Positions 45,195 to 53,927 of a stretch of 64,000 nucleotides of DNA are shown piece after piece; positions within the stretch are counted from its first letter, which is position 1; each line of letters begins with the position of its first letter. The notes beneath the pieces are model-generated. The model ran no database searches, had not been told where the DNA came from, and saw nothing but the letters and a program-made list of their open reading frames with translations. The DNA is from Chloroflexota bacterium. Its GTDB lineage: Bacteria; Chloroflexota; Anaerolineae; Anaerolineales; UBA11858. The translations under genes and the position numbers were made by a program. The DNA lies in the NCBI GenBank assembly GCA_018648225.1, contig JABGRQ010000073.1:26064-90063 (forward strand), written 5' to 3'.

Positions 45195-45268
45195 ACCACG
45201 AAGACACAAAGTCACGAAGATAAAAGGAAGAGATTTTTATCTCTTTGTGTCTTCGTGTCTTTGTGGTG
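45195..45268. repeat. Tandem-octamer hairpin element, copy E8 (CACGAAG/CACAAAG type), intercistronic
   Basis: ACCACGAAGACACAAAGTCACGAAGA on the left. The reverse complement of the right arm is ACCACAAAGACACGAAGACACAAAGA. Mismatches fall only at the R position of each unit and one T/A. Confidence 0.75.
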
Positions 45269-45276
45269 AATATCAT

Positions 45277-46800
45277 TTATGCGACAGCGTTCTCAACCAC
45301 CCCCGCCATCAGCAGGCCGACTTGTTCTTTGGTAACATCCTGCGCGTCTACAATGGCAATGATCTCACCACGATACATCACCGCGATGCGATCTGAGAGT
45401 TCCATAATCTCGTCAAGTTCCGTTGAAACCAGCAACACAGCACAACCCGAATCGCGTTTTTCAATCAGCCGACTGTGAATATATTCAATCGAACCAACAT
45501 CCAGGCCGCGCGTTGGTTGTGCGGCTACCAGGAATTTGATCGGACGGGAAAATTCGCGTCCGACAATCACTTTTTGCTGATTGCCACCCGATAACGAACC
45601 CACCGGAATCAAAGAGCTTGGTGTACGCACATCAAAATTCGAGACAATTTTATCCGCTGATTCCAATACAGTATCCTGTTGCAGCATAACGCCTTTCGCA
45701 AATGGCTCCAGATAATAGGTGTTCAGCACCAGATTATCTGCAATTGGCGCAGTCAGCACCAAGCCGTCTTTCTGGCGGTCTTCAGGGATGTGCGCCGACC
45801 CCAACTCGGTGATGGTACGTGGCGAAGCCTTGGCAATTGATTCGCCCAACAGAGTAATTTCGCCGCTGACGGGGTGTGTCAATCCGGTCAGCGCTTTGAC
45901 CAATTCGGTCTGTCCGTTGCCTTGCACGCCGGCCACACCCAAAATTTCACCGGCACGCACATCAAAGGAGATTTTCTTGACCATGACCTGATCTGTCTCG
46001 TCGAGAACAACAATATCTTCAACTTCGAGTACCACTTCTTGCGGGTCTGCGGGCTGCTTTTCGACATGCAGATCAACCGCTCGCCCGACCATCATGGCAG
46101 CCAGTGAATTTTGATCGGCTTCTTCGGGCAGAGCCGAACCCACCACTTTGCCCCCGCGAATCACGGTAATCCGGTCAGCAAATTCGAGTACTTCGCGTAA
46201 TTTGTGAGTAATAAAAATAATCGATTTGCCGCTCTCAACTAATGAGCGCATGATCGTGAATAATTCGTCTACTTCCTGAGGGGTAAGTACGGCAGTCGGT
46301 TCATCCAAGATCAAAATATCCGCTTCGCGGTAGAGCAGCTTGATAATTTCGACGCGCTGCTGCACACCCACGGGCAGATCTTTCACATATGCGTTCGGAT
46401 TCACCTCGAGCCGGTACTGTTCCGAAATCTCGCGAATGCGCTTGGCCGCCGAACGGCGATCCAGCAATCCACCCATGCGCAGGCTCTCGTCGCCCAGCAT
46501 CACGTTCTCGGTTACAGTAAACACCGGAATGAGCATAAAGTGCTGATGAACCATCCCCACACCGGCTGCGATGGCATCACGCGGCGATGTGACAACAATT
46601 TTTTGCCCGTTAACAAAAATTTCGCCCTCATCGGGCGCATACAGGCCATATAAAATATTCATCAGGGTGGATTTTCCTGCTCCGTTTTCCCCCAGCAAGG
46701 CGTGGATCTCTCCCTTTTCTAGCGTGAGATCAATATGATCGTTTGCCAGTACGCCAGGAAACCGTTTGGTAATTCCACGTAATTCAAGAATCGGCGCCAT
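45277..46800 (-). CDS. ABC importer ATPase with duplicated nucleotide-binding domains
   Basis: Walker A GENGAGKST, signature LPVGVQQRV and LSGGNQQKV, Walker B ILILDEPT. Start at ATG 46800 after GAGG; the track ORF starts at 46821. Confidence 0.9.
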   Translation of the reverse strand: MAPILELRGITKRFPGVLANDHIDLTLEKGEIHALLGENGAGKSTLMNILYGLYAPDEGEIFVNGQKIVVTSPRDAIAAGVGMVHQHFMLIPVFTVTENVMLGDESLRMGGLLDRRSAAKRIREISEQYRLEVNPNAYVKDLPVGVQQRVEIIKLLYREADILILDEPTAVLTPQEVDELFTIMRSLVESGKSIIFITHKLREVLEFADRITVIRGGKVVGSALPEEADQNSLAAMMVGRAVDLHVEKQPADPQEVVLEVEDIVVLDETDQVMVKKISFDVRAGEILGVAGVQGNGQTELVKALTGLTHPVSGEITLLGESIAKASPRTITELGSAHIPEDRQKDGLVLTAPIADNLVLNTYYLEPFAKGVMLQQDTVLESADKIVSNFDVRTPSSLIPVGSLSGGNQQKVIVGREFSRPIKFLVAAQPTRGLDVGSIEYIHSRLIEKRDSGCAVLLVSTELDEIMELSDRIAVMYRGEIIAIVDAQDVTKEQVGLLMAGVVENAVA

Positions 46801-46938
46801 AGATACCTCATCATGTCTCAATAAATTTTGACTGATTATCGGGTGATTATATCATGGGGATTCTGAAAAAAGATGCGTGTCTCGCCTATTTGGGCTGCAC
46901 AAGCTCGGAAACGGACGCGAAAAAAAACACCAAAAATA

Positions 46939-47991
46939 CTACGGAATATTCTCTGCCACCAATTCAATCGTCCCGCTTTGCACCTCGGTGTACATTTCTT
47001 CGACGCTGTGCAAGCGCCCCATGCTCAGCCAATCCGGGTTAATCTCGCTGAAGGCCAGCGAAACATCCACAACTTGCCCATTTACTCCGGCTGCGAACTC
47101 AGGCCAAAAATTATAATAGGCTTCGAGGGGAGAAAATATGAGTGAAGCCACCCAGGAGGCGCGCACATTTTCGGGGGGCAGGCTCGTGCCAATCATCTGC
47201 GCGCCTGCCTGAGCGATATAGCGCATCAGGTTCTCATCCCCAGCCCCCGGGCCAAGATAGATCATCTCCACATTGCGCTGCAACAAAAAATCGACCGCGG
47301 CCTGCCATTCGGCTGCATCCGCGCCCGCATTCGCTTGATAATATAAAGGGTACTCCAAAAAAGGCGGGTACGTAGGCGAACACGCGCCACAGTAAAATTT
47401 TGCGCCAGTCAGAAAACTACGCCGCGCCAATTGTCCGGCTTCGGTATCCGCCACGCTAATCACCCCCACACGCCAATCGGGGGTAAGCATGGCGGCGATA
47501 TATCCGGCCAAAAAGCCCTGCTGATCGAAACGCCCGCCATCGGCGCCGATCACGCTGATATTTGAGGCAGCCTCAATGCCATTTACGCCAACAGCCAGAA
47601 AACGCGTTTCCGGTGCAGCCGCGGCCCAGATCGCCAAATCGGGGGCAGGGGGCAATGCGATCACCCACTGAATATCATCGGCCTGGATGCTCTCGATAGA
47701 CAGTGAGGGGCGCATTTGATAGCGCAATCCGGCTGCGGGAATGGCCTGTGTCAGGTGAGTTTGAAGCGCATCCACCAGGGCTGGATCCGCGCCATCGGGA
47801 GCAAACAGCACCCCCACGGGTGGGAGCGGCGTGGCTGCAGGTGGAGGAGGCTCTGTGGGCAAAGAAGTTGGTTCTGCCTCCGCCGGAGGTTGAGTCGCCG
47901 CAGTGCGCTCCGCGTCTGCGCCACTGCATCCGGCCAGGCCAATCAGCAAGATTATGAAGAATATTCCAACAAATATTCGGGTAGACTTCAT
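46939..47991 (-). CDS. BMP-family (Med/PnrA-like) substrate-binding lipoprotein
   Basis: Lipobox LIGLAGC, a Pro-rich linker and a periplasmic-binding-fold body. First gene of the four-gene importer operon. Confidence 0.8.
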   Translation of the reverse strand: MKSTRIFVGIFFIILLIGLAGCSGADAERTAATQPPAEAEPTSLPTEPPPPAATPLPPVGVLFAPDGADPALVDALQTHLTQAIPAAGLRYQMRPSLSIESIQADDIQWVIALPPAPDLAIWAAAAPETRFLAVGVNGIEAASNISVIGADGGRFDQQGFLAGYIAAMLTPDWRVGVISVADTEAGQLARRSFLTGAKFYCGACSPTYPPFLEYPLYYQANAGADAAEWQAAVDFLLQRNVEMIYLGPGAGDENLMRYIAQAGAQMIGTSLPPENVRASWVASLIFSPLEAYYNFWPEFAAGVNGQVVDVSLAFSEINPDWLSMGRLHSVEEMYTEVQSGTIELVAENIP

Positions 47992-48046
47992 TCGTTCACT
48001 ACTCCCGTAAGAAAATTATTGGCTATTTGGGAATCGTCGGGGTTGC

Positions 48047-48128
48047 CCCCAGATATAGGGGTGTACGGGGTGCTTCGCACCCCGTACACCCCTATATCTG
48101 GGGAATGTCCCGCCAGTTCCTAATGAAC
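48047..48128 (-). repeat. Box-plus-GGGGTGT-hairpin element, copy C (candidate sRNA or leader)
   Basis: On the minus strand: GTTCATTAGGAA (48128-48117), then the 27-bp perfect stem CCCCAGATATAGGGGTGTACGGGGTGC and its complement (48103-48047). Confidence 0.6.
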
Positions 48129-48277
48129 CTGTATTTTACTTCATTCGGGCATTCAGCGCGCCTGTAATCTTGTAACCCTGAGCCGTGGCGCGTATTGTAT
48201 AATAAGCACAGACTCGAGCTATACGATTCCATGGCGGCATCACAAAGCAATTTAGTACACACTATTTTAGCAAAAAA

Positions 48278-49483
48278 ATGACTCTCCCCAAAACCGAGCA
48301 AACCCCCGATGATCCCCAGCGCCTGCCAGCCGCGCGCAGACGACGCGCCCAGCGCAAGTTGCTCCCGCTGGCTCCGGATGAGCGCGAGGCTTTTCTCGAC
48401 GAAATTGCACAGCGTACATCGCCATCATTTGATTTCTTTCTCTTTTCTGTGCTGGCGGGGCTGACGGTCGGTATTGGCCTGCTGCTTGATTTACCGGCAT
48501 TACTTGTACTCGGAGCCGTTCTGGCTCCGACAATGGCACCGCTGGTGGGGATAGCGCTGGGCGCAATTAGCGGCTCCGCTCAGTTTTTTGGGCGCAATTT
48601 ACTGGGGCTGGTTATGGGCAGCGGGTTGGTCTTTATTGCCAGCCTGAGCCTGGGGTTGGTTGCCCGCAACGGTGGTGTATTTGAGATCACCCAGGCTTAT
48701 TTACACACGCGCATTGCCTGGCATCATTTTGTTGTGCTGACTATCGGTAGCGTGCTGACCACGATTGCGATCGCCCGCGGGGGTAAACGCACGGCGGTTG
48801 CCAGTGTGGCGCTGGCCTACGAAATCTATGTGCCACTGTGTGCAGCCGGTTATGGGCTGGGCAGCGGCACACTCCATTTATGGCCCGATGGGCTGGTGGT
48901 ATTTATCATTCATATGGCCTGGGCAATCATTTTGAGTACTTTTACGCTGGTTGTACTCGGTTTTCGCCCGCTGACTCTCTTTGGCTACACGGCAGGGGGG
49001 ATGCTCAGCCTGATTGGGTTGATTCTAATCATTGGGCTGGGCGGCGCAGGCGCAGCCGTGGGGGGGCAGGTTGCAATCCCAACCGCACGACCCAGCAAAA
49101 CACCCACTCCTTCACAAACTTTTACGCCAACACTTTCACCTACCATTACCGAAACCCCTCTCCCTGTCACGGCTACACTACCTGTTACGTTGACGGCTTC
49201 GATTACGCCATCGCCCACAAATACGCTGCCACCCAGCCCTACACCGGTTTATGCGCGGGTCAACGCTCCCGAAGAGTATGGCGGGGCCATTCTGCGAAGC
49301 GAACCCGGCTTTGACGGCCGCGCACTTACATCTTTCCTGAATGGTACTTTGATCGAGCTTTTATCGGATGTCCCCGCGGAGGCCGATAACCGGCAATGGC
49401 TGAATGTGCGCCTCCCTGGCGGGCCGGAAGGCTGGATGCTGCAATCGGTGATTTCTGTCGCTACCCCCGTGCCCAATTGGTAA
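48278..49483 (+). CDS. DUF389-like integral membrane protein with Pro/Thr linker and C-terminal SH3b-like domain
   Basis: Multi-TM core (SPSFDFFLFSVLAGLTVGIGLL...), a TPTPSQTFTPTLSPT linker and an SH3b-like tail (GGAILRSEPGFDG...WLNVRLPGGPEGWM). Confidence 0.65.
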   Translation: MTLPKTEQTPDDPQRLPAARRRRAQRKLLPLAPDEREAFLDEIAQRTSPSFDFFLFSVLAGLTVGIGLLLDLPALLVLGAVLAPTMAPLVGIALGAISGSAQFFGRNLLGLVMGSGLVFIASLSLGLVARNGGVFEITQAYLHTRIAWHHFVVLTIGSVLTTIAIARGGKRTAVASVALAYEIYVPLCAAGYGLGSGTLHLWPDGLVVFIIHMAWAIILSTFTLVVLGFRPLTLFGYTAGGMLSLIGLILIIGLGGAGAAVGGQVAIPTARPSKTPTPSQTFTPTLSPTITETPLPVTATLPVTLTASITPSPTNTLPPSPTPVYARVNAPEEYGGAILRSEPGFDGRALTSFLNGTLIELLSDVPAEADNRQWLNVRLPGGPEGWMLQSVISVATPVPNW

Positions 49484-49492
49484 TAATTTGGG

Positions 49493-49882
49493 TTAGATTA
49501 AATCTTTAGGGGTGAAGGCTTTGGGGAGTAACTCGCCCACGCGCAGCTCTTCGACAAGATTACCTTGTTCGTCGGCGATCAACACCAGGGTGTCCAGACC
49601 GAATTCCGCCATCACCTGACGGCATGATCCGCAGGGGGAGCCGCCATTCTCGGTGACCACCGCGATCATTTCAAATTCTCGCTCACCTTCCGAAACTGCC
49701 TTGAAGATCGCCACCCGCTCGGCGCACATCGTCACCGGATAGGCAGCGTTTTCCACATTCGCCCCAAGATAAGTTTTGCCAGTGGCCGTATAGAGCGCCG
49801 CCCCAACCGGGTAATTTGAATAAGGGGCATAAGCATTCTTGCGCGCCTTCACAGCTTTTTGAATCAATTCAGTTTTTTGCAT
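49493..49882 (-). CDS. cdd: Cytidine deaminase
   Basis: AYAPYSNYPVGAAL, the zinc motif CAERVA and PCGSCRQ. Start ATG 49882 gives an N-terminus like B. subtilis Cdd and lies 1 nt after the upstream stop. Confidence 0.9.
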   Translation of the reverse strand: MQKTELIQKAVKARKNAYAPYSNYPVGAALYTATGKTYLGANVENAAYPVTMCAERVAIFKAVSEGEREFEMIAVVTENGGSPCGSCRQVMAEFGLDTLVLIADEQGNLVEELRVGELLPKAFTPKDLI

Positions 49883-49883
49883 T

Positions 49884-51152
49884 TTATTCATTTTCATTGA
49901 TTTGCCCTGTTGACCAAACCCGCTGCGCACGCACTTTGCGGATGCGCCGTTTGCTCACCAGTTCCACGGTCAGGGTTAAATTAGCTTGGGTGAGGCTTTC
50001 ACCGGCAACAGGAATTTGTCCCAGGCGCGTGTAGATATACCCACCAAGCGTGTCGGCTTCATCGTTGGGCAAATCGCAGTCCATGATCTCATTGAAGTCA
50101 TCCAGATCAATGCGGCCCTGAAAAACATAATCGCCATTCTCCAATCGGCGGTAGGGCAGTTCTTCTTCGTCGTATTCATCCTGAATTTCACCGAAAATTT
50201 CTTCGATGATGTCTTCCAAAGTTACCACACCGGCAACGCCACCATACTCGTCCACGACAATCGCCATATGGACGCGTTTTTGCTGCATTTCAGCCAGGAG
50301 TTCATCCAATTTTTTCGCTTCGGGAACAAAATAAGGTTCACGCAGTAGATCGCGGCGCAGGTCAGTTTGCCCATTACCTTCACGCCAAACTTGCAATAAA
50401 TCTTTAGCATAGAGCAAGCCCAATATATGATCGATATTTTCCTCATAGACGGGCACGCGCGAATAACCCGAATTGAGCAGGGTATCTACAGCAACAGATA
50501 ATGGAGCGCCAATTTCCAGGGCATGAACATCGATGCGCGGCACCATAATTTCGCGGGCCAGAGTATCATCCAACTGGAAGATTGAGTGAATCATTTTTCG
50601 CTCTTCTTGTTCAAGAATGCCATCTTTTTGCCCCACATCCACCAGCGTTCTCAACGCATCTTCTGTAACCATGCTAGTGTGTTCATTTGATTTGGCAATT
50701 TCTCGCGACAAGAATAAGCTGGCCCCGATTAACGGGAAAAAAAGCAGCGTCACGAGACGCACAAAGCCCGATAAACGCAATATCCAACTTTCGGGATCGC
50801 GTAACACGTTACGCTCTGCGATCCACTCTACCCAGGCTACCAACAAGCCAGCCGCCAGCAACACACCGAACTTACCCCAGAGTGTAGTGATACCTGCATC
50901 GGCTTGAACTACCAGATAGATACCGCCAATTTGGAAAAAACGTAATAAGGATTGCAAAAGATGCAAACCTGCATAGGGGCGCGGCATTTTTTCGATCAAT
51001 TCAAGAGTGCGCTTTGCATTAGGCTCATTCAACTCGCGCATGTGAATCAATCGCGCCAGGCTGGCATGACGCAACGCGGCACGCGCCGCGATAACAACGA
51101 GATCAACAGCTAATACAAATAATAAACCTGAAACAATTACTGAAGTATGCAT
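49884..51152 (-). CDS. CNNM/hemolysin-family protein (DUF21, CBS pair, CorC_HlyC)
   Basis: Four N-terminal TM helices, a CBS pair (REIMVPRIDVHAL...) and a CorC C-terminal domain. Start ATG 51152 is 1 nt after the glmU stop. Confidence 0.85.
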   Translation of the reverse strand: MHTSVIVSGLLFVLAVDLVVIAARAALRHASLARLIHMRELNEPNAKRTLELIEKMPRPYAGLHLLQSLLRFFQIGGIYLVVQADAGITTLWGKFGVLLAAGLLVAWVEWIAERNVLRDPESWILRLSGFVRLVTLLFFPLIGASLFLSREIAKSNEHTSMVTEDALRTLVDVGQKDGILEQEERKMIHSIFQLDDTLAREIMVPRIDVHALEIGAPLSVAVDTLLNSGYSRVPVYEENIDHILGLLYAKDLLQVWREGNGQTDLRRDLLREPYFVPEAKKLDELLAEMQQKRVHMAIVVDEYGGVAGVVTLEDIIEEIFGEIQDEYDEEELPYRRLENGDYVFQGRIDLDDFNEIMDCDLPNDEADTLGGYIYTRLGQIPVAGESLTQANLTLTVELVSKRRIRKVRAQRVWSTGQINENE

Positions 51153-51153
51153 A

Positions 51154-52497
51154 CTAATCCAATTTCCGTATTGTGCGGGCAGGCATGCCCACAACCAGGG
51201 TTTTCTCTGCAACTGTTTTCGTTACCACAGAGCCTGCTCCGGTACGCGCACCTGCGCCAATTTTTAATGGCGCAACCAGCATGGTATCGCTGCCGATGAA
51301 TACATCATCGCCGATTTCTGTAGGATGTTTGTGTTCACCGTCATAATTACAGGTGATCGTCCCAGCCCCAATGTTGACCTTGGCTCCAGTGGTGGTATCG
51401 CCAAGATAGGAGAAATGCCCCATTTTGGTGCCCGGCCCGAGGTAAGAGTTTTTTACTTCCCCAAAATTCCCCATGTGGACACCCGCAGCCAGATGAGCGC
51501 CTTTGCGTAAATGGGCAAAGGGGCCAATATCCACATCATCTTCGAGCAAGGCTGCCTCGACTACGGAAGCAAAGACTTCGCAGCGGTGGCCCAATTTCGA
51601 ATCGCGGATGAAGGAGTTTGGCCCGATGATGCAGGCTGTGCCAATGTCGGTTGAACCGATGAGATGGGTGTTCGAGGCAATGACGGTGTCACGGCCAATC
51701 TGAACTGTTGGCTCAATATAGGTTGTGGCAGGGTCTTGAAGGGTGACACCTGCCAGCATCCAGGCACGGTTGATGCGCTGCTGCATACTTGCGGCGGCAT
51801 CGGAAAGATGCACGCGGGTATTAATACCGATCATTTCGGTTTCATCGGTTGTGGGGATGGCCTGCACGGAGTGGCCTTCTTTTACCGCAATTTCCACCAG
51901 ATCGGTAAGGTAGTATTCGCCTTTGGGAGAAAGTTCAACCCGTTTGAGCGTATCCCATAACCAATCTGCCGAGAAACAGAACACACCGGTATTCAGTTCT
52001 TTTATGGCAAGTTCTTCGGGCGTAGCTTGCGCTTCTTCCACAATGGCCCTCACTGAGCCATCTTCGCCGCGCACAATCCGCCCAAAGCCACGCGGATCAT
52101 CGGCAATCAGAGTCAGCACACTAATCGGCCCCGTATGATTTTGCTGCACTTCAAGGAGCTCCTGCACGGTTTCAGCGGTCACCAGGGGCATATCGCCATA
52201 CAGTATGAGTACATAATCGCTCTTACCCCGCAGGAGCGTTTCGGCCTGTTGCACAGCGTGACCTGTGCCCAACTGTGGTTTCTGCAGCACATATTCGGCA
52301 GCCTCGCCAACAGCGGCGCGCACCTGTTCGGCTGCATGCCCCACCACCAACACAGACGGCGATTGGGTAATTGCCTGAGCTACAGCAACCGGATACCGGA
52401 TCAACGGCTGACCCAGGATGGGGTGCAAAACTTTCGGCAGGTCTGAGTGCATACGAGTGCCTTTGCCTGCCGCTAAAATCACAACGCTTGTTTTCAT
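51154..52497 (-). CDS. glmU: Bifunctional GlcNAc-1-P uridyltransferase / GlcN-1-P acetyltransferase
   Basis: N-terminal LAAGKGTRM motif and C-terminal left-handed beta-helix hexapeptide repeats. Confidence 0.92.
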   Translation of the reverse strand: MKTSVVILAAGKGTRMHSDLPKVLHPILGQPLIRYPVAVAQAITQSPSVLVVGHAAEQVRAAVGEAAEYVLQKPQLGTGHAVQQAETLLRGKSDYVLILYGDMPLVTAETVQELLEVQQNHTGPISVLTLIADDPRGFGRIVRGEDGSVRAIVEEAQATPEELAIKELNTGVFCFSADWLWDTLKRVELSPKGEYYLTDLVEIAVKEGHSVQAIPTTDETEMIGINTRVHLSDAAASMQQRINRAWMLAGVTLQDPATTYIEPTVQIGRDTVIASNTHLIGSTDIGTACIIGPNSFIRDSKLGHRCEVFASVVEAALLEDDVDIGPFAHLRKGAHLAAGVHMGNFGEVKNSYLGPGTKMGHFSYLGDTTTGAKVNIGAGTITCNYDGEHKHPTEIGDDVFIGSDTMLVAPLKIGAGARTGAGSVVTKTVAEKTLVVGMPARTIRKLD

Positions 52498-52622
52498 ATA
52501 TTACTCCACACGAAAAAACATCGTGCCGCGGTTGCGCTACACGAAGTTGTCAGTATGCTGTTCTTCAATTGGCAATCTAAATGGGGGTCGTCGTCAGATA
52601 GTTCGTTCATTACAAAAAAAGG

Positions 52623-52693
52623 CAGGGGAGCACGGATTCGAACCATGATCAACAGTTCCAAAGACTGCTGTGCTGCCATTGCACCACTCCCCT
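52623..52693 (-). tRNA. tRNA-Gln (anticodon TTG)
   Basis: Hand-folded cloverleaf: acceptor AGGGGAG/CTCCCCT, D arm GTGC-AATGGCA-GCAC, anticodon loop CTTTGGA, T arm CATGG-TTCGAAT-CCGTG. Confidence 0.85.
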
Positions 52694-52757
52694 ACGAGTA
52701 TGCTTGCCGCTCACGAGGCGAGCGAGATTGTATCACAAGCCCAAGAGGGTGGCAATA

Positions 52758-53822
52758 TTATTGCTCAGCATCTTCTTCCGGGGTCAGCCCCAGGCGGCGG
52801 GCTTCATCATAGCTCAACGAATCGGCATTCGTGAGGCCATCGTGCGAGGCATCGGTTGAGGCAGTATCCCAGAACACGTTCGCATCTTGTTCAATTTCGG
52901 ATGAGGCAACTTCTTCGAATAGAGCCGCCATCTCGGGGGCGACTTCAGCATCTTCTGCAAACGGGGGCTCCGGCTCGACTTCCTGACGGGTGGGTTGTTT
53001 GCTGCTGGTGAGGCGGACACCCATCTTTGAGAGGATGGCTAACAAATCTTGCAAGCCACTATGAACCAGGCGCATGGCTTCTGCCATCTGGTCGCTGCTC
53101 GTCCCAGGGTTAGCTGCAACCAGCAACGCATAAGATTCGCCCACATGTGCCAAGAAAATATCATATTTAACACCCGCGAAAAAGAGAATATCGCGCGGCG
53201 GCTTGGTATTCAGCAACTTAGAAATCCGATTACTGGCGCTGAAGGCGGTCATTAGAGCAGGGAACAGCGCGGTTTCAATTGAAGCATCGGGCAGGTCACC
53301 CGCACGGGCCAGTACACGGCTGCGCTCATCCAGCATCACTGCCGAGATGGCGTTCAAATCTTTACGCAGGCTGGTCAAACGCTCGGCCACGCTTTCGGCA
53401 GGTTTCTCCAGATCATCATCCGGGATATTCGGTTCAACGATCACGGCATCGATCAAGCCCAATGCACGTTCAACGGCGTCCAGAAAATCGGCAGTTTCAA
53501 TTGGTTTCAGGAAAAAAGCGGCTGCGCCCGCATCGGCAACTGCCTGACGCACATGCGCATCTACCATCCCAGTGACTAAAATAACATGCAGTTCCGGCTG
53601 ACGGATGCGAATTTTGGTCAGCAATTCCAGGCCAGATATGCCCGGCAGGCGCACATCAGATACCAATAAATCAAAGGGGCCAGAGGATAATTCCAGCAAC
53701 CCTTCTTCACCCGATGGCACATCCCTGATTTCGATGTTGGCGTCCAAAGTTTCGATGGCGCTGACTAGCGCCCTGCGAACTTCGCGTGTGTCGTCTACGA
53801 TTAAAACTCGATAATCAGCCAT
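52758..53822 (-). CDS. Response regulator: canonical receiver plus Roadblock/LC7 (MglB-like) domain and acidic tail
   Basis: Receiver with intact DD, D (DLLVSDVRLPG), T and K (FFLKP). The middle region has a Roadblock-like pattern (ISAVMLDERSRVLARAGDLPD...YALLVAANP). Confidence 0.7.
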   Translation of the reverse strand: MADYRVLIVDDTREVRRALVSAIETLDANIEIRDVPSGEEGLLELSSGPFDLLVSDVRLPGISGLELLTKIRIRQPELHVILVTGMVDAHVRQAVADAGAAAFFLKPIETADFLDAVERALGLIDAVIVEPNIPDDDLEKPAESVAERLTSLRKDLNAISAVMLDERSRVLARAGDLPDASIETALFPALMTAFSASNRISKLLNTKPPRDILFFAGVKYDIFLAHVGESYALLVAANPGTSSDQMAEAMRLVHSGLQDLLAILSKMGVRLTSSKQPTRQEVEPEPPFAEDAEVAPEMAALFEEVASSEIEQDANVFWDTASTDASHDGLTNADSLSYDEARRLGLTPEEDAEQ

Positions 53823-53884
53823 AATGAAAATTATTGTAACATGGAAGTAACCACGCAGAACGAAAAATTATCCTGAATAGCAAA

Positions 53885-53911
53885 AGACGCCAGCAAAATT
53901 CGCTGGCGTCT
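53885..53911 (-). terminator. Terminator after the peptide ABC operon
   Basis: AGACGCCAGC / GCTGGCGTCT 10-bp stem, with a T-rich run on the minus strand. Confidence 0.45.
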
Positions 53912-53927
53912 AAGCAATCAATCGGGG

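Noticed and set aside
47992-48277. Possible purine or nucleoside riboswitch in the leader of the BMP-family nucleoside-type importer.
   Set aside because: The leader does have a promoter, a structured region and a terminator-like hairpin. However, I could not find the conserved purine-riboswitch core. The same box-plus-hairpin layout also precedes unrelated genes, so it is reported as a repeat/sRNA family instead.
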